64,000 bases of DNA from Octopus bimaculoides (GCF_001194135.2 NC_068994.1:1661199-1725198), one strand, 5' to 3'. Shown: positions 40,482 through 55,910, counted from the stretch's first letter. Notes: a model not told the origin generated them from the letters alone. Program-made: numbers and translations.

Positions 40482-41553
40482 TCAACATCAATCATCATCG
40501 GACAAAGTTTATAGAGGCAAATTTTCTATGGCTGGATACCTTTCCTGTCACCAAGCCTCATCTGTTCCCAAGCAAAGTAATACTTCCTCATGGCCAGACA
40601 TGTTTTCACAGAATATTGGAAATGGATGACACTGCTTTATAACAATGACACTCATTTACAGTTATCACACAATGTCAAGACAAAAAGATACAAAAATACA
40701 CACACTCATCCACATATATATTATACACACACACACACACACACAAACTCGTACACAATCACCCACACACACATTTATATACGATGGGCTTCTTTCAGTT
40801 TCCATCTGCCAAATCCACTTAGAAAGCTTTGGTCAGCAATAGAAGAAGGCATTTGTTCAAGGCGCAATGGGACTGAACCATGTGGCTGGGAAGCAAGCGT
40901 CTTACCATACGGCCATACTTGTCTCTATAAACACACACACACACACTCACATACATACATATACACATACTCTCATGACACTGGTTGATCAGAGAAGGAC
41001 ATCCCCTCCAATCTGATTCACTTCTAAATCCATAAAACTAAAGATCCATTATTACTCCTGACACAGAGATGTATAAACACCACAGGTTCTGCTCCCTCAA
41101 TTTACCCCTTGTATCTAAAAAACAAGAGCCCCTGTTCTTGGAGCAAGAGCTCCCTTCAGGGTCTGATATGAAAATGGTGAAGAACAACAGAATCTATGAC
41201 AGAAAAAATGTAGCAGAATTACCTGGAGGTGGCTCTGTGACTGGACATTCTGGGATCAAATCTGGCTGTGGTCCACTTTAGATTTCATCCCTCCTCGGTT
41301 GACAAATTAACATACCAGTAAAATACTGGGGTTAACATCATTGACTGTTCTTTCCCATAAATTGTGTGGCCTTGTTTCTATGTCAGAAATAGTACGAGAT
41401 AGATGTGTGTGTGGTTATGGGATGTGTCTGTGTAGCCATCAAGGGATAGATTTGTAAGAATGGGGTTACAATATTTGTGTATGAATTGTGTGTTATGGTC
41501 ATACAATAATTGTATGTGTGCTTTGCTCACAGTCTGTATGCAGGTATATGTAC

Positions 41554-41590
<37 letters not shown>

Positions 41591-44500
41591 TGTGTAGGTG
41601 TTAAGAAAATAAGTTCCAAAGTAGGGGGTCGCAGGCATGTGTTTGTGTTTGTGTACATAGGACATGTATGTGGTTGTGGATGGGTGTGTGTAAATGTAGA
41701 CATGTTTATGTATGTGTGTGTATGTTTGAGGATATGTGCTGTGTGTACATTTGAGCGAGTATATCTATATGTGTGTATATGTCTGTACACATAGTATCTG
41801 TATGTGTGCATGTATGTATGTGTACATATGTATGTGCCTCTGTCGCAGATAAGGGTCCTTCACTGTGGCACACTGACATCCTATCGTTTCGGCAGCCGAG
41901 TCGGAAGCTGAAATGAAACAAAGAAGATTATTTTCATATTTATCATCATCATCGTCACCATCATCATTCTCATCGTCATTATTATGTACATCATTGTCAT
42001 CATCACAACCACCACCACCACCAACCCTAATTTCATCCTCATTATCATCATAGTCATCACCATGGCAATGGTCCTCCTCATTATCATCATAACCACCATC
42101 ACCACCTAAATGGGGCACCACTCCATCACATAATTAACCTCACACCTGTAGATATTACTGGTACTCATTTGCAGCAGAGTGGATTGGAGCAACAGGAAAT
42201 GATTATTTTGGGGCCCAAGAATAAAATACACTGTTAGAAATGGGAATTGAAACTGAAACTTTACAATCGTGAATCCAGTCACCCTAAATGATGCACCTTC
42301 ACATGTTAAATAAAATAGATTTACTCTCATTAGGAAATAACTCCCTTTCAATTAATCAGCCACCATCCAGCCTCCTGGCTCTTAGTCATCTTTGCTTATC
42401 TATCTGTCTATATTCCTATATTCCTGTCTATATTACACAACAGTCTTCCTCACCCAAGAGTCATCTCTATGAAGCCTAGACACTTCACAGGTGTGCTGTG
42501 GTCACTCTCTATCTTTTCTACTACTACTACTACATTGGCCTTTGCTTTTTCAGAGAGGTTTGGTCCCGTACCAACGCCCTCAGACATACTCAACTCCCTA
42601 ACCTTTCCTCCATTCATTCTATGTCCAGCCACCCAGGCCCCACATTAACCACTTACTCCAGTCCTTCCACCCAGTAATTGTCACCCTATGAAATTCCCTA
42701 CTTATGCAATGCCTTTCTGGCAGTTCTGACTTACAGCATTTATTGCATTGGTCTCACCAGTCTTGGCGGGTCTGTGAAAGCAATGGGCATTGCCCCTTCC
42801 TTCAGACCTGCTTGATCAGAAAAACTCTCTGTGTGTGTGTGTGTGTGTGTGTGTGTCTTTTGTGTTAGTCAGGAAAATAAGTTGAAGTAGAAGAATAGAT
42901 TTGGTTATTCTATTGATTTATAAACTTTAAATAATATGTAAGTGAAACTAAAAGACGAGATGAAAGGTAAACCATTCACCGCTGCCTTCACAGGTTTGTG
43001 AAGGATGGTGAGATGAGGAGATGGAGATCTGAAGAGGAGAAAAAGGAAGGAGGGAGAGGTGGAGAGGTGATGTTTGGTAAACAGAAATCACCCTGGAGAG
43101 AAATCAGTGGAAAGTTGGCATTTTAGAAGTGAAAGCAAACTTCATGGGAGGAATATGAATAAAATATTTGTCATTTTTGGAGTGATATGTAACCATTCCA
43201 TGCCGTTCAGATGAAACAGACTGTTGTCAGCTTTCTAGACTTGAGACAAGCTAGAATAAATCAATGTCTTCTCTAAGACACAACACAAGGAACCAAAGGA
43301 ATGGACAATAATGTGTGAAAAAACATCTCCAAACACATTATCTTCTGTGAGGATGAAATCTGATGGTTGTTGTGTTTGGTTGGTAAAGTTTGAAGAGAAA
43401 AGCTGAATATTAGTGAATGACTGGCTATTATATGAGAATTATCTGCAGGGGTGGGTTTAGTTTGATAAGAGTGCAAGGGTGTGTAACCATCACCTTTAAT
43501 TCAGGGGATTAAAAATGACTGGATTATAAAGGTTGGTAAAATATGGTAATTGTTTTAATAGTTAATTACAATAATGAGAAGGTAAGTTAAATAGATGTAA
43601 AAGGAAAACTTAATGTCAAAGTAATGAGAGAGCTTTATCTGTTACAGGGATATGTGGCTTAGTGGCTGGGAGTATTTGGCTCATGATCATACGGCCACGA
43701 GTTCAATTCCCAGTACAGTCTTCTTGAAGTCATTGAAAAATATATCCATGCATCTTCTTTTTGCCAAACTGAGTCAGAATGTTAGTCTGGCTGTTTGGTG
43801 GGTTGTATGGGAGGAGGTCATCAGCAAGAGAATGCTTCCCAAGGAGCTCACTGCCAGCACATAGTATGTTGTTCCCTTCACTTTATGGCACTGAGTTCAT
43901 GTATTTATTTTTGCTGCTTTGGCTTAGGAAGCGCTGTCTGAGAGAGACTATGCGACATTTGCAGGCTGTCTGCACTGATCTCAAGCCTCTGCCTCCTTTA
44001 TCTCTGCTTAGCTAGAGCCTACCGATATCACTGTTCCTGTGGGAGTTTCTAGTTGATGTCAGCATCTTGCGAGTTTTAATGTCTATGGAATGAATTCTTC
44101 TACAGACCAGTCATCTATCCCAGATATTGTAACCAGCACTGCTACTGAAAATGCATAGAGAAAGAGGAGAATACCCGACTCCATATTTTCTTAAGCCTAG
44201 TAAAACATTCTTGGCTAATTCCATCGTTATTCACAGAACCTTCATATGATATGTTTCCATCAAGGCCACAGGTACTTGTATATGTGCGTATGAATATATA
44301 TATGTATGTGTGTTGGTGTGTTGTATGTGTGTATATATCAGCATATCTGTCTGTAAATGAGCGAGGGTATCAGTGTGGTGAAGTGGCAGTATGGTGGTGG
44401 TGGTGGTGATGGTGATGGGGCAGTGATGAAATGGTGTAGTGCTGCTGGCGCTGGTAGTGGTGGTGCTGGTGCAGCTGTGTGGTGGCCATACGGTGATGCT

Positions 44501-46025
44501 AGCATGGTGGTGTCTTGTGGTTGTTTTGTGGAATTATAGCCGAGTGGTGCACTGAGGTATTGTGTAGTGATGGTGCCGGCTGTGAGGTGGAGGGGTGGGG
44601 AGGGTGCTCTGGAAGAAGGGTAGCCGTGTGTTGTGGTGGTGGTGGTGGTGGTGTTGGTGATAGTGGAGACGATGTGTTTTGCCAATTGAGATGCTGAGTT
44701 GATGCATTACATGCTGCACAGATACTGCAACAGCAGCAGGCGCCAACATGCATCATAGCATGGATTGGCATGTGCATGTATGTAGGCATGCATCTCTGCC
44801 TAAATAGGAACACATACATATATATGTATGTAGGCTATATATATATATATATATATAGATATATATATATATATGTATGTATATTTGTGTATGTATGCAT
44901 GTATGTATATAAAAACACATACATGTACATATGCATGTGGTGTGTGTGTGTGTGTGTGTATGTGTGTGTGTGTGTGTGTGTGGCAGGGGATGTAATTACG
45001 TGCATTCTGGGGAAGAAGCCAATAAATGACATCATCAAGGCTGATATAGATATCGATAAACCCACACAACACCACCACTAGCCCCACCATGCCACAATCA
45101 CCACGTTGTTTGCAGCCCCCACCCCATTATCTCTTTAAAACCCTCTGCACTGCATTGATAGTCTCTCACTACAGCCACACACCATACCACCAAAACAACC
45201 CTCAAGAGTAGTTTGACCTGCCAGAAATGGCAGTCAAATCTCTCTTATATCCCCCTACTAATCTTAAATCTGAGAAAGACAGATAATATAGTTTGTCCTA
45301 CTCTATAATACAGTTTATCCTACTCTGTTAAAAAGGGCAGGGTGGTCATTACTGGGATGTTATTGATCATTGGCCTGTGGGGTCATTACTGACCTAGAGT
45401 TAAACAAAAAAAAAAACTACATCAACCACTGACCACAGCTCCACATCCATCACTTCTACCACCAACTCCCACCCCTCCAACTTTTCATTATCACATTTCC
45501 ATTATCCTCACCAACACTTCCACCCCTCCAACCCTTCCATCACCACCACCACCACCAAATGTGTTCGTTTTTTCTTTCCAAGACAATTCAAGTAAGATTG
45601 AAGAATGTTGGCTGTTATTTCTGGTAGGCCCTTTGACCACATAGGAGCCCCTTATTGTCTTGTTATGTATGTAATTGGTTAAGAAACCACACATAATCTT
45701 CACATGCTGTGGTCCAGCTTTATTGTCTCACTCCATCTCTCGTTAAATGCTCTGGCATGAAATCATTAACCTGATGCAGAGTACAGTAGGGAATGTCAGT
45801 GACGAGTGATTACTGTCCAGTCTATTCCTGTATGTCTCCAGGTTCCACTGACCAACATGAATTATTCAGGACAGTTACAGTTGGTTTTAGTCTTTTATTA
45901 TAAGTCCATTCGCAACTGGTCCTCCACCATTTACGGCAATGAGTGTTCCAGTTGATCCGATCAATAACAGCCTGCTTGTGAAATTATTGTGCAAGTGGTT
46001 GAGTACTCCACAGACACATATACCC

Positions 46026-46226
46026 TTAATCCTTTTGATACCAACCCAGTCGAAATTGCCTCTGGCTCTGGAGTACAAATATCTTGTTTTCAAAAGTTCT
46101 GAATCAAAATTTTCCACCAAATTTTAGTCACACTTTACTTTATGTTCCTAACACTAGCTTAACGATAACGAAGTTATTTTACTAAATTCTTTGTTAATTT
46201 TAAAATTATGTTAATGAAAGGGTTAA
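46026..46226. mobile_element. piggyBac-type MITE (TTAA-flanked)
   Basis: Ends are TTAA-tccttt (left; one substitution from CCCTTT) and aaaggg-TTAA (right). About 200 bp with no ORF. Confidence 0.6.
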
Positions 46227-47561
46227 AGTAGTTCTCGGAAATTCAGAGAAACACAGAATAAATTGCAGATACAACTCGTTTTGCAGCAGTGTAAAAATAA
46301 AAAGTCTTACTCAAGGACACAATGTACCACTGAGGATCAAAGTCACAACCTTACAATCATGAGCCGAACCACTCGGCCCACTTCCATCCACAACTAAAAT
46401 ATTCATCATTAACATTAATTCAGCTTCACTATTTGACTGGTGCTTTATTTTATGAAGGTATGGATCAACACCACTACTTCATTGCTGCTTTGTTTTATTG
46501 AGCCCAGAAGGATAAAGGATAAACAGGATCTCAGCAGGATTTGAACTCAAAACTTAGAGAGACTTAATTAAATACCACAGACGTTTGGTCTGCTGCTCTC
46601 ATAATTCTGCCATTCACCTCTACATCTTCTACACTCTGTGTACAGTGGAGATAATCAGGCTGTTTCTGCTGTTTCTGGCTGCTGATGATGGAGTCTCTGT
46701 GACTTGGATGTTTTGATTGAATGGGGGAGGGAGAGAGTTTTTAGGGTGATGGAGTATCATTGGCAGTGAAATAATATTCTAGGATGTTGTAGTAGGGTTT
46801 TAGGGTGTTATAGATTATAAGGATTGAGTTGGGAGGAGATATTGTTGAAGAAGTGTTGTGGGGTGGCTGGGAGAGATAGTGATGTAATGATGCTGTGTGG
46901 TGTTGTAAATATGCAGGAACTAAGTGCAAGCAATAGTGCTATTAAGATGATGCTTGGACCATCCTTCACCAATATCCAGGTCAGAATGTCTGTCTTTCAG
47001 GTCTCAGTTTGTTATATTTGCATTGGTCTCACTTCAAATTGAGGAAATTGTATTTTAATAGAGAGAGAAAGAGAGAGAGTAGAGTTGGCATTGAGTGGTT
47101 GCTGTGAATGGTTCTTGGTGTATATCCAGTTAGTTTTCTTTAATATGTAACAGATAAATTAATATGTAACAAATATATTCCAGGGTTATGGGTAAGATGA
47201 CAATGAGAATAACTCATTTATTATCATCATTTAACGTCCTTTTTTCCTTTTTGTTGGTATGGGTTGGGTGGTTTGACGGGAGCTGGTCAGGCCAAGAGTG
47301 ACAGCAAGTTCCATTATCTGTTTCTGGCTTGGCTTTTACAGCAGGATGCCCTTCCTAATGCCAACCACTTTGCAGAGTGTACTGAGTACTTTTTATGTGG
47401 CACCAACACCAGTGCTTCTTAATGTGGCATCAACGAACCCTTAAGACAAAGACCTCTCAAATGAAAGATGGAATGAAACTGAGAGATTAGAGTATGATAG
47501 GGGGGGGGCAGAGGAGATACTTGGCTACCTCAGTAGAACAAGGAATGAGAGGGAGATGGGA

Positions 47562-47601
<40 letters not shown>

Positions 47602-48761
47602 GCCTACAAACAGGGAACAGTGAGGGGGAAAGTATAAGCAGTACAGAGGAGATAGAGGGGGATGCTGCATAAGAGTGTGAGGGAAAATGTTTAGAGATAA
47701 CAGAGAGAAGTAAGTGGTGGTGAGAGGAACTGGAAGAGGCTGGGAGTGAGGAGGGGAGGAGAGGGCTCTGGTACATGATTATATTCCTGAGATATGGGTA
47801 AGATGACAATGTGAATAACTCGTTTATTAGAAATCCTTTAATCTTGTGAGGAAGAAGAATACATTGACAACAAACCAAACTGCACTAGTTTGAAAAAGGA
47901 GAAGAAAGCAGCTGCTAGAAGAACTAACGAGATATGAAGAAATATATCAGAAATATTAGAGGTAATTAACAGTTTTAACGAGAAACTAATTTCTTGAAAG
48001 CAGTTGCTCGTAATGTGAAATTTTAATATCTCAAAGATTTTTTTGTTTTAGTTATTAACCTTAGTTTCTATTTGTTGTTTTTTTTGGCTTTGTTTTCTTG
48101 ATACATTTCAAAATAAATTACCGCAGATAAATAAATTGTAATTTTAATTCATTATTTATATAACTGCATATGTTCTATATGGACCATTATGTATTGTTTT
48201 AATGTGTTCAATAAAATAAAAGGAAGAATCAGAAGAAAGAAAACAGAAAAGATGTCATTTTAAGAGTTACAATGCTTTTGTTTTGTCAAGAATAAAATAG
48301 TCCACTTTTTTATTTTTGTTGTTATTACTGACATTTTAATATCAACAGAGAAGAAAAATTTGTATTAAAGTCAGTTCAAAACTTTGCTAAGTACAAATAA
48401 CCAGGGGTCATTGTGTGTTGGATTCTGGTGATGAATTTAGCTGGTAATGAACTGATCTGATCAATGATTTGACAGATAAGAAATTGATCTGATTGATAAA
48501 TTGAAGATGATGAATCCACTAATGGTGAATTGATGGATGACAAGCTCACTGATTGACTTACAAACCCAGAAGTGCAGGGCTTCCATATCTTAGCAATGAT
48601 TTGGAACAGAATATTCTACATGTTTCCCAAAACCTTGAGGAGGGAATCCAAAAGTTCAGGATTGTGGGTCCAGATTCAACCCGGAATGTTTTTAATTTAT
48701 TCATGGAGTCAGCCTGATTCCAAAATGGTTGTCATTGTATTTCTCTAATTTATTGTTTACA

Positions 48762-48811
<50 letters not shown>

Positions 48812-49033
48812 TATAGATTGCTAACCACTAAACCTTTTTCTATTTTCTATCGCTGTTTATTCTGTGTTCCTTTCTGTCAAAGAGCGTAGGCTCAAAATGT
48901 AAAAGACTTTCTCACTTCCCGAGCGTTAAACTAATACATCTCTTTGTTGTTTACACACCCATCTTTGTCTTTGGTTTTTTGGGGGAAATTCTCACTGTAT
49001 ATGTATATATATATATATATATANNNNNNNNNN

Positions 49034-49081
<48 letters not shown>

Positions 49082-50710
49082 CACACACATTTATATAATC
49101 ACACACAGATATACATACATTCACACAAACCCATACCCACATACAAATGAATAAATGTGCACATGAGCATGCAGAAGTATTTCGTTGATCGCAAGTTATT
49201 GGGAAGAAAGAGCATTTGACTTCAGCTAGTTGCAATTAATTGCATTAGCAAACTGAAAGTGCATGTGTAAATTGTGCCTGGATTGCAACGTCAGCCTCAC
49301 TTGAGCACACACACGTTTAATAATGCTGTTATTGACAATTTTCTCTCATTTTAACAATCCTGCTTGCATGATTTTCTCCAAACTGGGCCAAGCCTTTCTC
49401 TTGTGATATACAAATCCTGGTGGATCCATCAAATATTCTATTGATTGTTTGAGACTGGCTTTTATCTTACGTTATTTATTTATTAGCTTTTATCTTGCCT
49501 TATTTAATTGTTTCAGTCATTAGACTTCAGCCATGCTGGAGCACTACCTTTTGACAGTTGATTGGATTGCAACAACATGCAATGAGTTGTTTTGCTGAAG
49601 AACACAACAGGCTGCCAGTCTTGGAATCAAAACTACAACCTTGCAATTATGAGTGCAACACCTTACCACTAAAAATATAGACACTCATATAAGATGGTAG
49701 AACTCTTAGACACTGGAGCATCTTAGACACAATCCAGTTTCAGCAACATGTATTCAGGAAAGAAGTTTTTCATGCATTAAAGCTCATTGGGGGGGGGGGG
49801 GTTCATAGATAAGAGTGAAGGTAATATTTTGGAGAAATTGTTTTGGTAAAAAAGTGTCTTATATGCCATCAAGTATGGTAAGCATTGATGTTGGTGCCAC
49901 ACAAAAATCACCCATGCAGTGCCAGATAAAAGCACTCAGAACACTCTGTAATGCAGGTGGCATTAGAAAGGACATCCAGCTGTAGAAACCAAACCAAAAC
50001 AGACTGGAGTCTGGTGCAGCCTCCCCAGCTTGCCAACTCTGGACAAACTGTCCAACTGAAGCCAACATGGACAACAGACATGAAATGATGATCTATGTAT
50101 GTGTATATATATACATATATATGCACACACACACACACACACACAAGGTGTATGGTTAGGCAATTTACTGCATCATGTTGTACTTCAGGGTTCAATGCCA
50201 GGATATTGTCTTCTAGCATTGCTTTTTGTCAATCAAAGCCTGATGCAAGACATTCGGTGAAGAGAAACAAAAATCTACAACGAAGTTCCAATGGCATACG
50301 CACGTCCATGTGTGCTTACGTATATATGGGGTTGTACATATGTTTGGGCATCAGCACGTTTATTCATAAATAAAATGGCAACACACACCTATACGCACAC
50401 ACAGATAGATATACTGATGCCTACATACAAACATGTACCCACATACATTTCTATATACATCCATTTATACACCCTTATTTGCATGTATATTTGCTACTCC
50501 CTTATAACTCCCCCACACACACACATCCCCCCTATTATATATTTATTGATCAGTCATGCCTGGCTGTATTAACAGCTACACACACACACACACATATACA
50601 CCCAGTTAAGATATTGATTAATATACACTCATGTTCCCTTCAATAAAACATCAACCAACCTTCAGTGAGATTGCTGATAGTGTTGCTGGTGTAGTTGTTG
50701 TAGATGGGGC

Positions 50711-50741
<31 letters not shown>

Positions 50742-52125
50742 GATTATGCGATATTTTCTACTTCTTCTTCTCTCATTTACTATTATCAATATTGACAGAA
50801 TTATTGTTGACAATAATAATTATTATTATTATTATTATTATTATTATCATCATCAGTATCGTGGTGGTGGTGGTGGTGGTCTTCCTTTATCACTTTACTG
50901 CTCTTACTACCACCACCACCACCACCACCACCATTCTACCATATTTGTATAGTAATTCTTGCTGAATCAGCAGCAGCAGTTGTTGTGCTTGATTGTTGTT
51001 GCTGTTGTTGTTGTCGTCGGTGATGGTGGTGGTGGTAGTAGTAGTGGTGGTGGTGGAAGGCCTGTTGTCTCTGATGACAATGTGTGGTTGTTATTATTGT
51101 CATTGCTATTGTTGATATAATTGTTGTTGTTCTTGTTGTTACAATCCACCCCCTTCGATCCTAAAAGACCCCCCCCCCTCCCACCAATAACCAAATGCTG
51201 CCATTAACGGAAACAAGCATGGTTTTGTTTTGATTTTCTCTTCCAGCTCCACTCCATCCACACAGTGCCCCACCCCCTACTTTCCCCTAGTGAGGATGGA
51301 TGAAGCTATTATCAGATAAACAAAACACAAACTGAAAGCAATGAGGGAGCCTCTCCATGGTCAACCGACCTGTTGGAAATAGCAGCTAAATTCCCTCAAA
51401 GCACATACTAGCACTCCTTAAAAGGATGGTCATAACAAACATAGAGGAAGGTTGCTGTGTGGGATAACAGTCATTACAATGTGGTAAATATTCCAGCCAG
51501 TGTGATATCCCAGATTCTCTGATCAGTGAAATTTGGTAAATATCCTATGCAGGATGATACCCTAGTTAAACTATTCTTTATATGACATGATATTTATCCT
51601 GTTCTCTGTGACATCAACAGACCCTTATTCCCTGTGGTACCATACTTATCCATGCACAATATCATTTAACAAGAACCTCTGCATAAAGTGTTATCTCATC
51701 TCTCCTCAAGTAACCCTACCCTTAATCTACAAACAATCCGATAAAATAATATTGCTCCTGTTTTGTGGTTTGTGTCTGCTTTTGTTAGTTGCTATTGGGG
51801 CCTTATATACATGAAGAGACACGATAAATCTTTCTATTAAGTGCCATATCAAACCTCCACAATCCTATAAGGACCCACTCACGCACCCATTAAAAAAAAA
51901 ACCCATCTGAATACTGGAAAACAGTTACCAGTATCATGATGATTGGTGCTGGGTGTCAGAATGTGAACATAAGGGTTGCTACTCAATGCTCTGTGAATGC
52001 TGTAAGGGATGTCAGATGTGACATGGCAAGATGCAATGAAGACTATGAAGCTGTGACCAGCAGAAAGGGACACAACGGCCATTCTGAATGCATTCACACA
52101 TTGCAATTCATTCCCATGTTTTTCT

Positions 52126-52218
52126 CAAGGCCTTAGGCTCAATTCAGACAGTTACATGAAGCAGTTGGAGAGGCTGGTTAAAACATGGTTGGAGAGGCTT
52201 GCTGCTGGAAGGCCATAT
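52126..52218 (+). mobile_element. Fragment of a DD37D/maT-like transposase
   Basis: QGLRLNSDSYMKQLERLVKTWLERLAAGRPY resembles the segment just before WQQD in DD37D transposases. It breaks off at the Tyr codon, where the mariner begins. Confidence 0.6.
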
Positions 52219-52700
52219 AGTAGGTCGTCATGTATGAAATTTGTAGTAAGGTATATGGTCAACTTTGACAGCTGCTCATTTTGTGCCATTATTATATTTT
52301 GACAATCTTTTGTTAGAAAGCTGACACATCTTTTTCTTTATTCTAACTCATTTTGTGCTTTATAAAGTATTTATAAATCGTTTTTTACTATTTTCGTTTA
52401 GAGATGGATAAGTTGGAAATTCATACAATTTTGAAATACGAGTTCTTTCTTGGAAATACAGAATCACAGAGAGCTCAGAATATTAATGGAGTATTTCATT
52501 CTAATGTTATTACACAACAGACAGTATCAAATTGGTTTGCAAAATTTTGTTCTGGTAACTTTGACCTCACAAATGAGCAACGCGGTCGACCAGAAACAAA
52601 GGTGAATAATGAAGAACTGAAAGCCAGCATTGAGTCAGATGCTTTTCAAAGTGCCCATGAGTTATCGTTCTTGCTTGGTGTTAGCAAGCAAACAATATTG
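52218..52700 (+). mobile_element. Mariner element A, 5' part (TIR, leader, transposase N-terminus)
   Basis: ORF from 52404 reads MDKLEIHTILKYEFFLGN..TVSNWFAKFCSGNFDLTNEQRGRPETKVNNEELKA..ELSFLLGVSKQTI, containing the WFxKFxSG and GRP motifs of mariner DNA-binding domains. Confidence 0.9.
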
Positions 52701-53123
52701 AACGTGGTTCCAGAAATTCCAAGCCAGAAACCACAGTTTAGAAGATGAGCCTCATCTTGGAAGATCTGTAGAGCTCAATGAGAATGCCCTGCAAACTCTG
52801 GTGGAACAAAATCCCATCATAACTGTTGAGGAACTAGCAGAGAGGCTTGGATTTGGTCATTCAACCATTTGGTCATTCAACACCTGTGTGCCCCACCTAC
52901 CATATTTGCCAGACATTGCCCCCATCTGATTATCATTTATTTCACTGTCTTCAAAATCATTTGGACAGAAAAATATGAATTCTATAGACGGGGTCAGAAC
53001 AGATCTGGAGGTGTATTTTTCATCACAGACAAGTGAATTTTGGAAGAGGGGCCTTGCAAGTCTACCAGATAGATGGAAGAACATTGTAGATAAAACCACA
53101 TTATTTATGCGATGACCCAAATA
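52701..53123 (+). mobile_element. Mariner element B, internally deleted, joined directly to element A
   Basis: A different frame restarts at TWFQKFQARNHSLEDEPHLGRSVELNENALQTLVEQNPIITVEELAERLGFGHSTI. It then jumps to PYLPDIAP/SDYHLFHCLQNHLD..GLASLPDRWKNIVD (YSPDLAPSDYHLF motif) and ends in a putative 3' TIR. Confidence 0.85.
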
Positions 53124-53801
53124 GGTGTATTAGTTTGACACTCAAGAAGAATGGAAAAGTCTTTGACATTTCGAGCCTACACACTTCAACAGAAAGGGGT
53201 GAGATATTCATATATATATATATTTCTTTATATATGTATATAAAGAGAGAAAGAGGGGGGGGGGAGATACATAAACACACATATATACATGGTGGTGGTG
53301 GGGGTAGCAGTGGTGGTTCAGGTACTTGTCATGATGGTATTGCTGCTGCTGCTAGTATTGATACTTCTATGTCAGGGTCGGACAATAAATTATTGTGCAC
53401 TACCATTTCCTAGAGAAGCGTCTGTAGTTCAATACCCAAGAACCATCTACCCCAGCCACACCCACAGCCATAGTAATCTGAATATGGTTTGAATGCCATC
53501 CCCTTCCTCCGCCACCACCCTTGCCCCTTGTGTCCATGCCCATCCCTATTCTACACTTTTATGAAACGCTTAAAATCCGATTCATGGTGGCACTGATTCC
53601 ATTCCCTGAACTCATATCCCTTTCTAATCAAGAATGGCAACTTATTAGGGGATGATGCAGCCACCACCACTAGCAACCACCACTGTTGTCAATGTACATA
53701 CATAAATAGATATATACATATATGTTCACACACACACACACACGTGTATATATGTATGGATGTATAATTACGTCTGCTGAAGTATATGCATATATATACA
53801 T

Positions 53802-53848
<47 letters not shown>

Positions 53849-54492
53849 TGTGTACATGTATGCATATATAGTATATGCAGATGTACATTTGTATGCATGC
53901 ATTATGTACATATGAGTATGTGTATGTGTGTTTGTCTGTGAGGGTTTGCGTGTGTGTGTGTGTGAGAGAGAGAAAGGGCTCCCCCTAGGAGAAACTAAAT
54001 AGACATCAGGAAAAATCAATCTACAACTTCAGCAACACTGGCCCCTTTCCACTAAATCTATAACCCTTACTTTCCCTCACAATCCCTTTACTTTATCTTC
54101 CCTTTATGCTAATTACACCAATTGCAGTTCCGCCAAGCAATCCCAAACTTTCCCCTCCCACCACCATCCAAGATAAACAACTCCATTGGTTTGTATGTGT
54201 AAACCCCACAGATCCCTTCATATTTATCCCCCTTTTCCCAGAACCCTAAAATAGGATATTTTACCTCTTTGTTTTCTCCCTTCCTCTATTTCTTTTCTCA
54301 CCCTTATAATAAATTAGGCTTAATCAATTTTTTTCCTAACTATAGAGTGGGAAGTGTGAGAGTTTGGTGAAGGGAAGTGTGATGTTGTGACAATAATGCA
54401 CTTCTCAGAATGTATCTGAGCTTCTGTAGGAGGGAAATAAAATGGCTGTTGTTATAAATTGAACCTTTACTGGAAATAATCAACATAGGGTT

Positions 54493-54534
<42 letters not shown>

Positions 54535-55910
54535 GGTTATGTAGTTAAAAGGACCAGTAAAATTCATTGATATATCAGACAGGATGATGATGATGATGAT
54601 GATGGTGGTGCTAATACAACAGAAACTGGTATAAAATATCCCCTTTTATCCCTGGACATTCTGAGTTCAAATCTTATTGAAGTCAATATTGTCCTCCATT
54701 CCTTCTGGGTTAGAAACAAATACATTTGTCTGTCTGTATGTATGTAGATAGGTAACCCTGTGATGGACAAGCCTGCCAATCAGGAAGAATGCTTGCCTGC
54801 TCAATGGGAAGGCATCATTCGAAAGCTAGAATGAAGCAAAGTGCATTGTGACCAGCGATGTACAACATCTGATAGTTTGGTTGGTCATATGATCTTCGCT
54901 GCTCTTTCCATATCTGTATTGCTTTAGTTTTCGTCTACTTTGTGACTGGGTGCATGGGCTTTCAAGATGATAGGGGTGTTGGTGAGGTACTTATATTTTG
55001 ATCCTAGGATACTACACAATTGAAACACTAGTTCCATTGATTGCTGTGCTTCTAAATAAATCTTTGAGAAAATTTTGCGACTACATTGTTGTTTAACACT
55101 AAGTCTAACCCTGTTTTCCCAGGCCTATGATCAAAGACGTTCCAGCTATGACCAACCAAACTGAATTTCTAGTGGAGTCCAGGAATACATCAGTCCGTCT
55201 TTTGAAGAGGATAGAGTTTGACTGGATAGAAATTTGACTGCTACTTCTACCAGGTCTCTTTGATTAATCCGTATACGAAGGAATAGAGTAAAAATATTCC
55301 AAGTACCCGAGCTAAATAGTCTGTCTAAGATCAGATTGTCAGAAAGTGAACTGACCAAGCAAGCAAGTTAAAGAATGTGAAAGAGGTTGGAGAAGGAGTG
55401 GCCTGTTGCTGTGACTGTGACAATACCCTGGTCAAGCAAAACCCTTTTATACCATATTGCTATTAAGGCAACTGACTTCCCTACCAACTCCACCAGAGCC
55501 ATCAATTTTTCGGCACATTATTCTTGCAAGTATTCTTCTCCAAGCAGGCTGTTGTTGCTATAGAAACCGGAAATTACATGTAAAATTCCCCGATGCCGCT
55601 CATATATGATAATCAGCGATATATCAAATCATCTGCACAATACGCAATATCAATTACGAAGCAAGGGACTCACATTAAATATCTGACCAGCTTTTTGACA
55701 ATTTTCCTCTAATGTTATGATTGGTGCATTTATTCATGTGAACAAAACTCTTATACACAGCGATATTATACACACGTCAGTATATATACATACACATATA
55801 TATGGATGTATGTATATATGAATATATATATATATACATACATATATATATATATATATACATATGCATATTCTTGTTAGTATTTTTATTTATATCTTTT
55901 TAATATTTTC

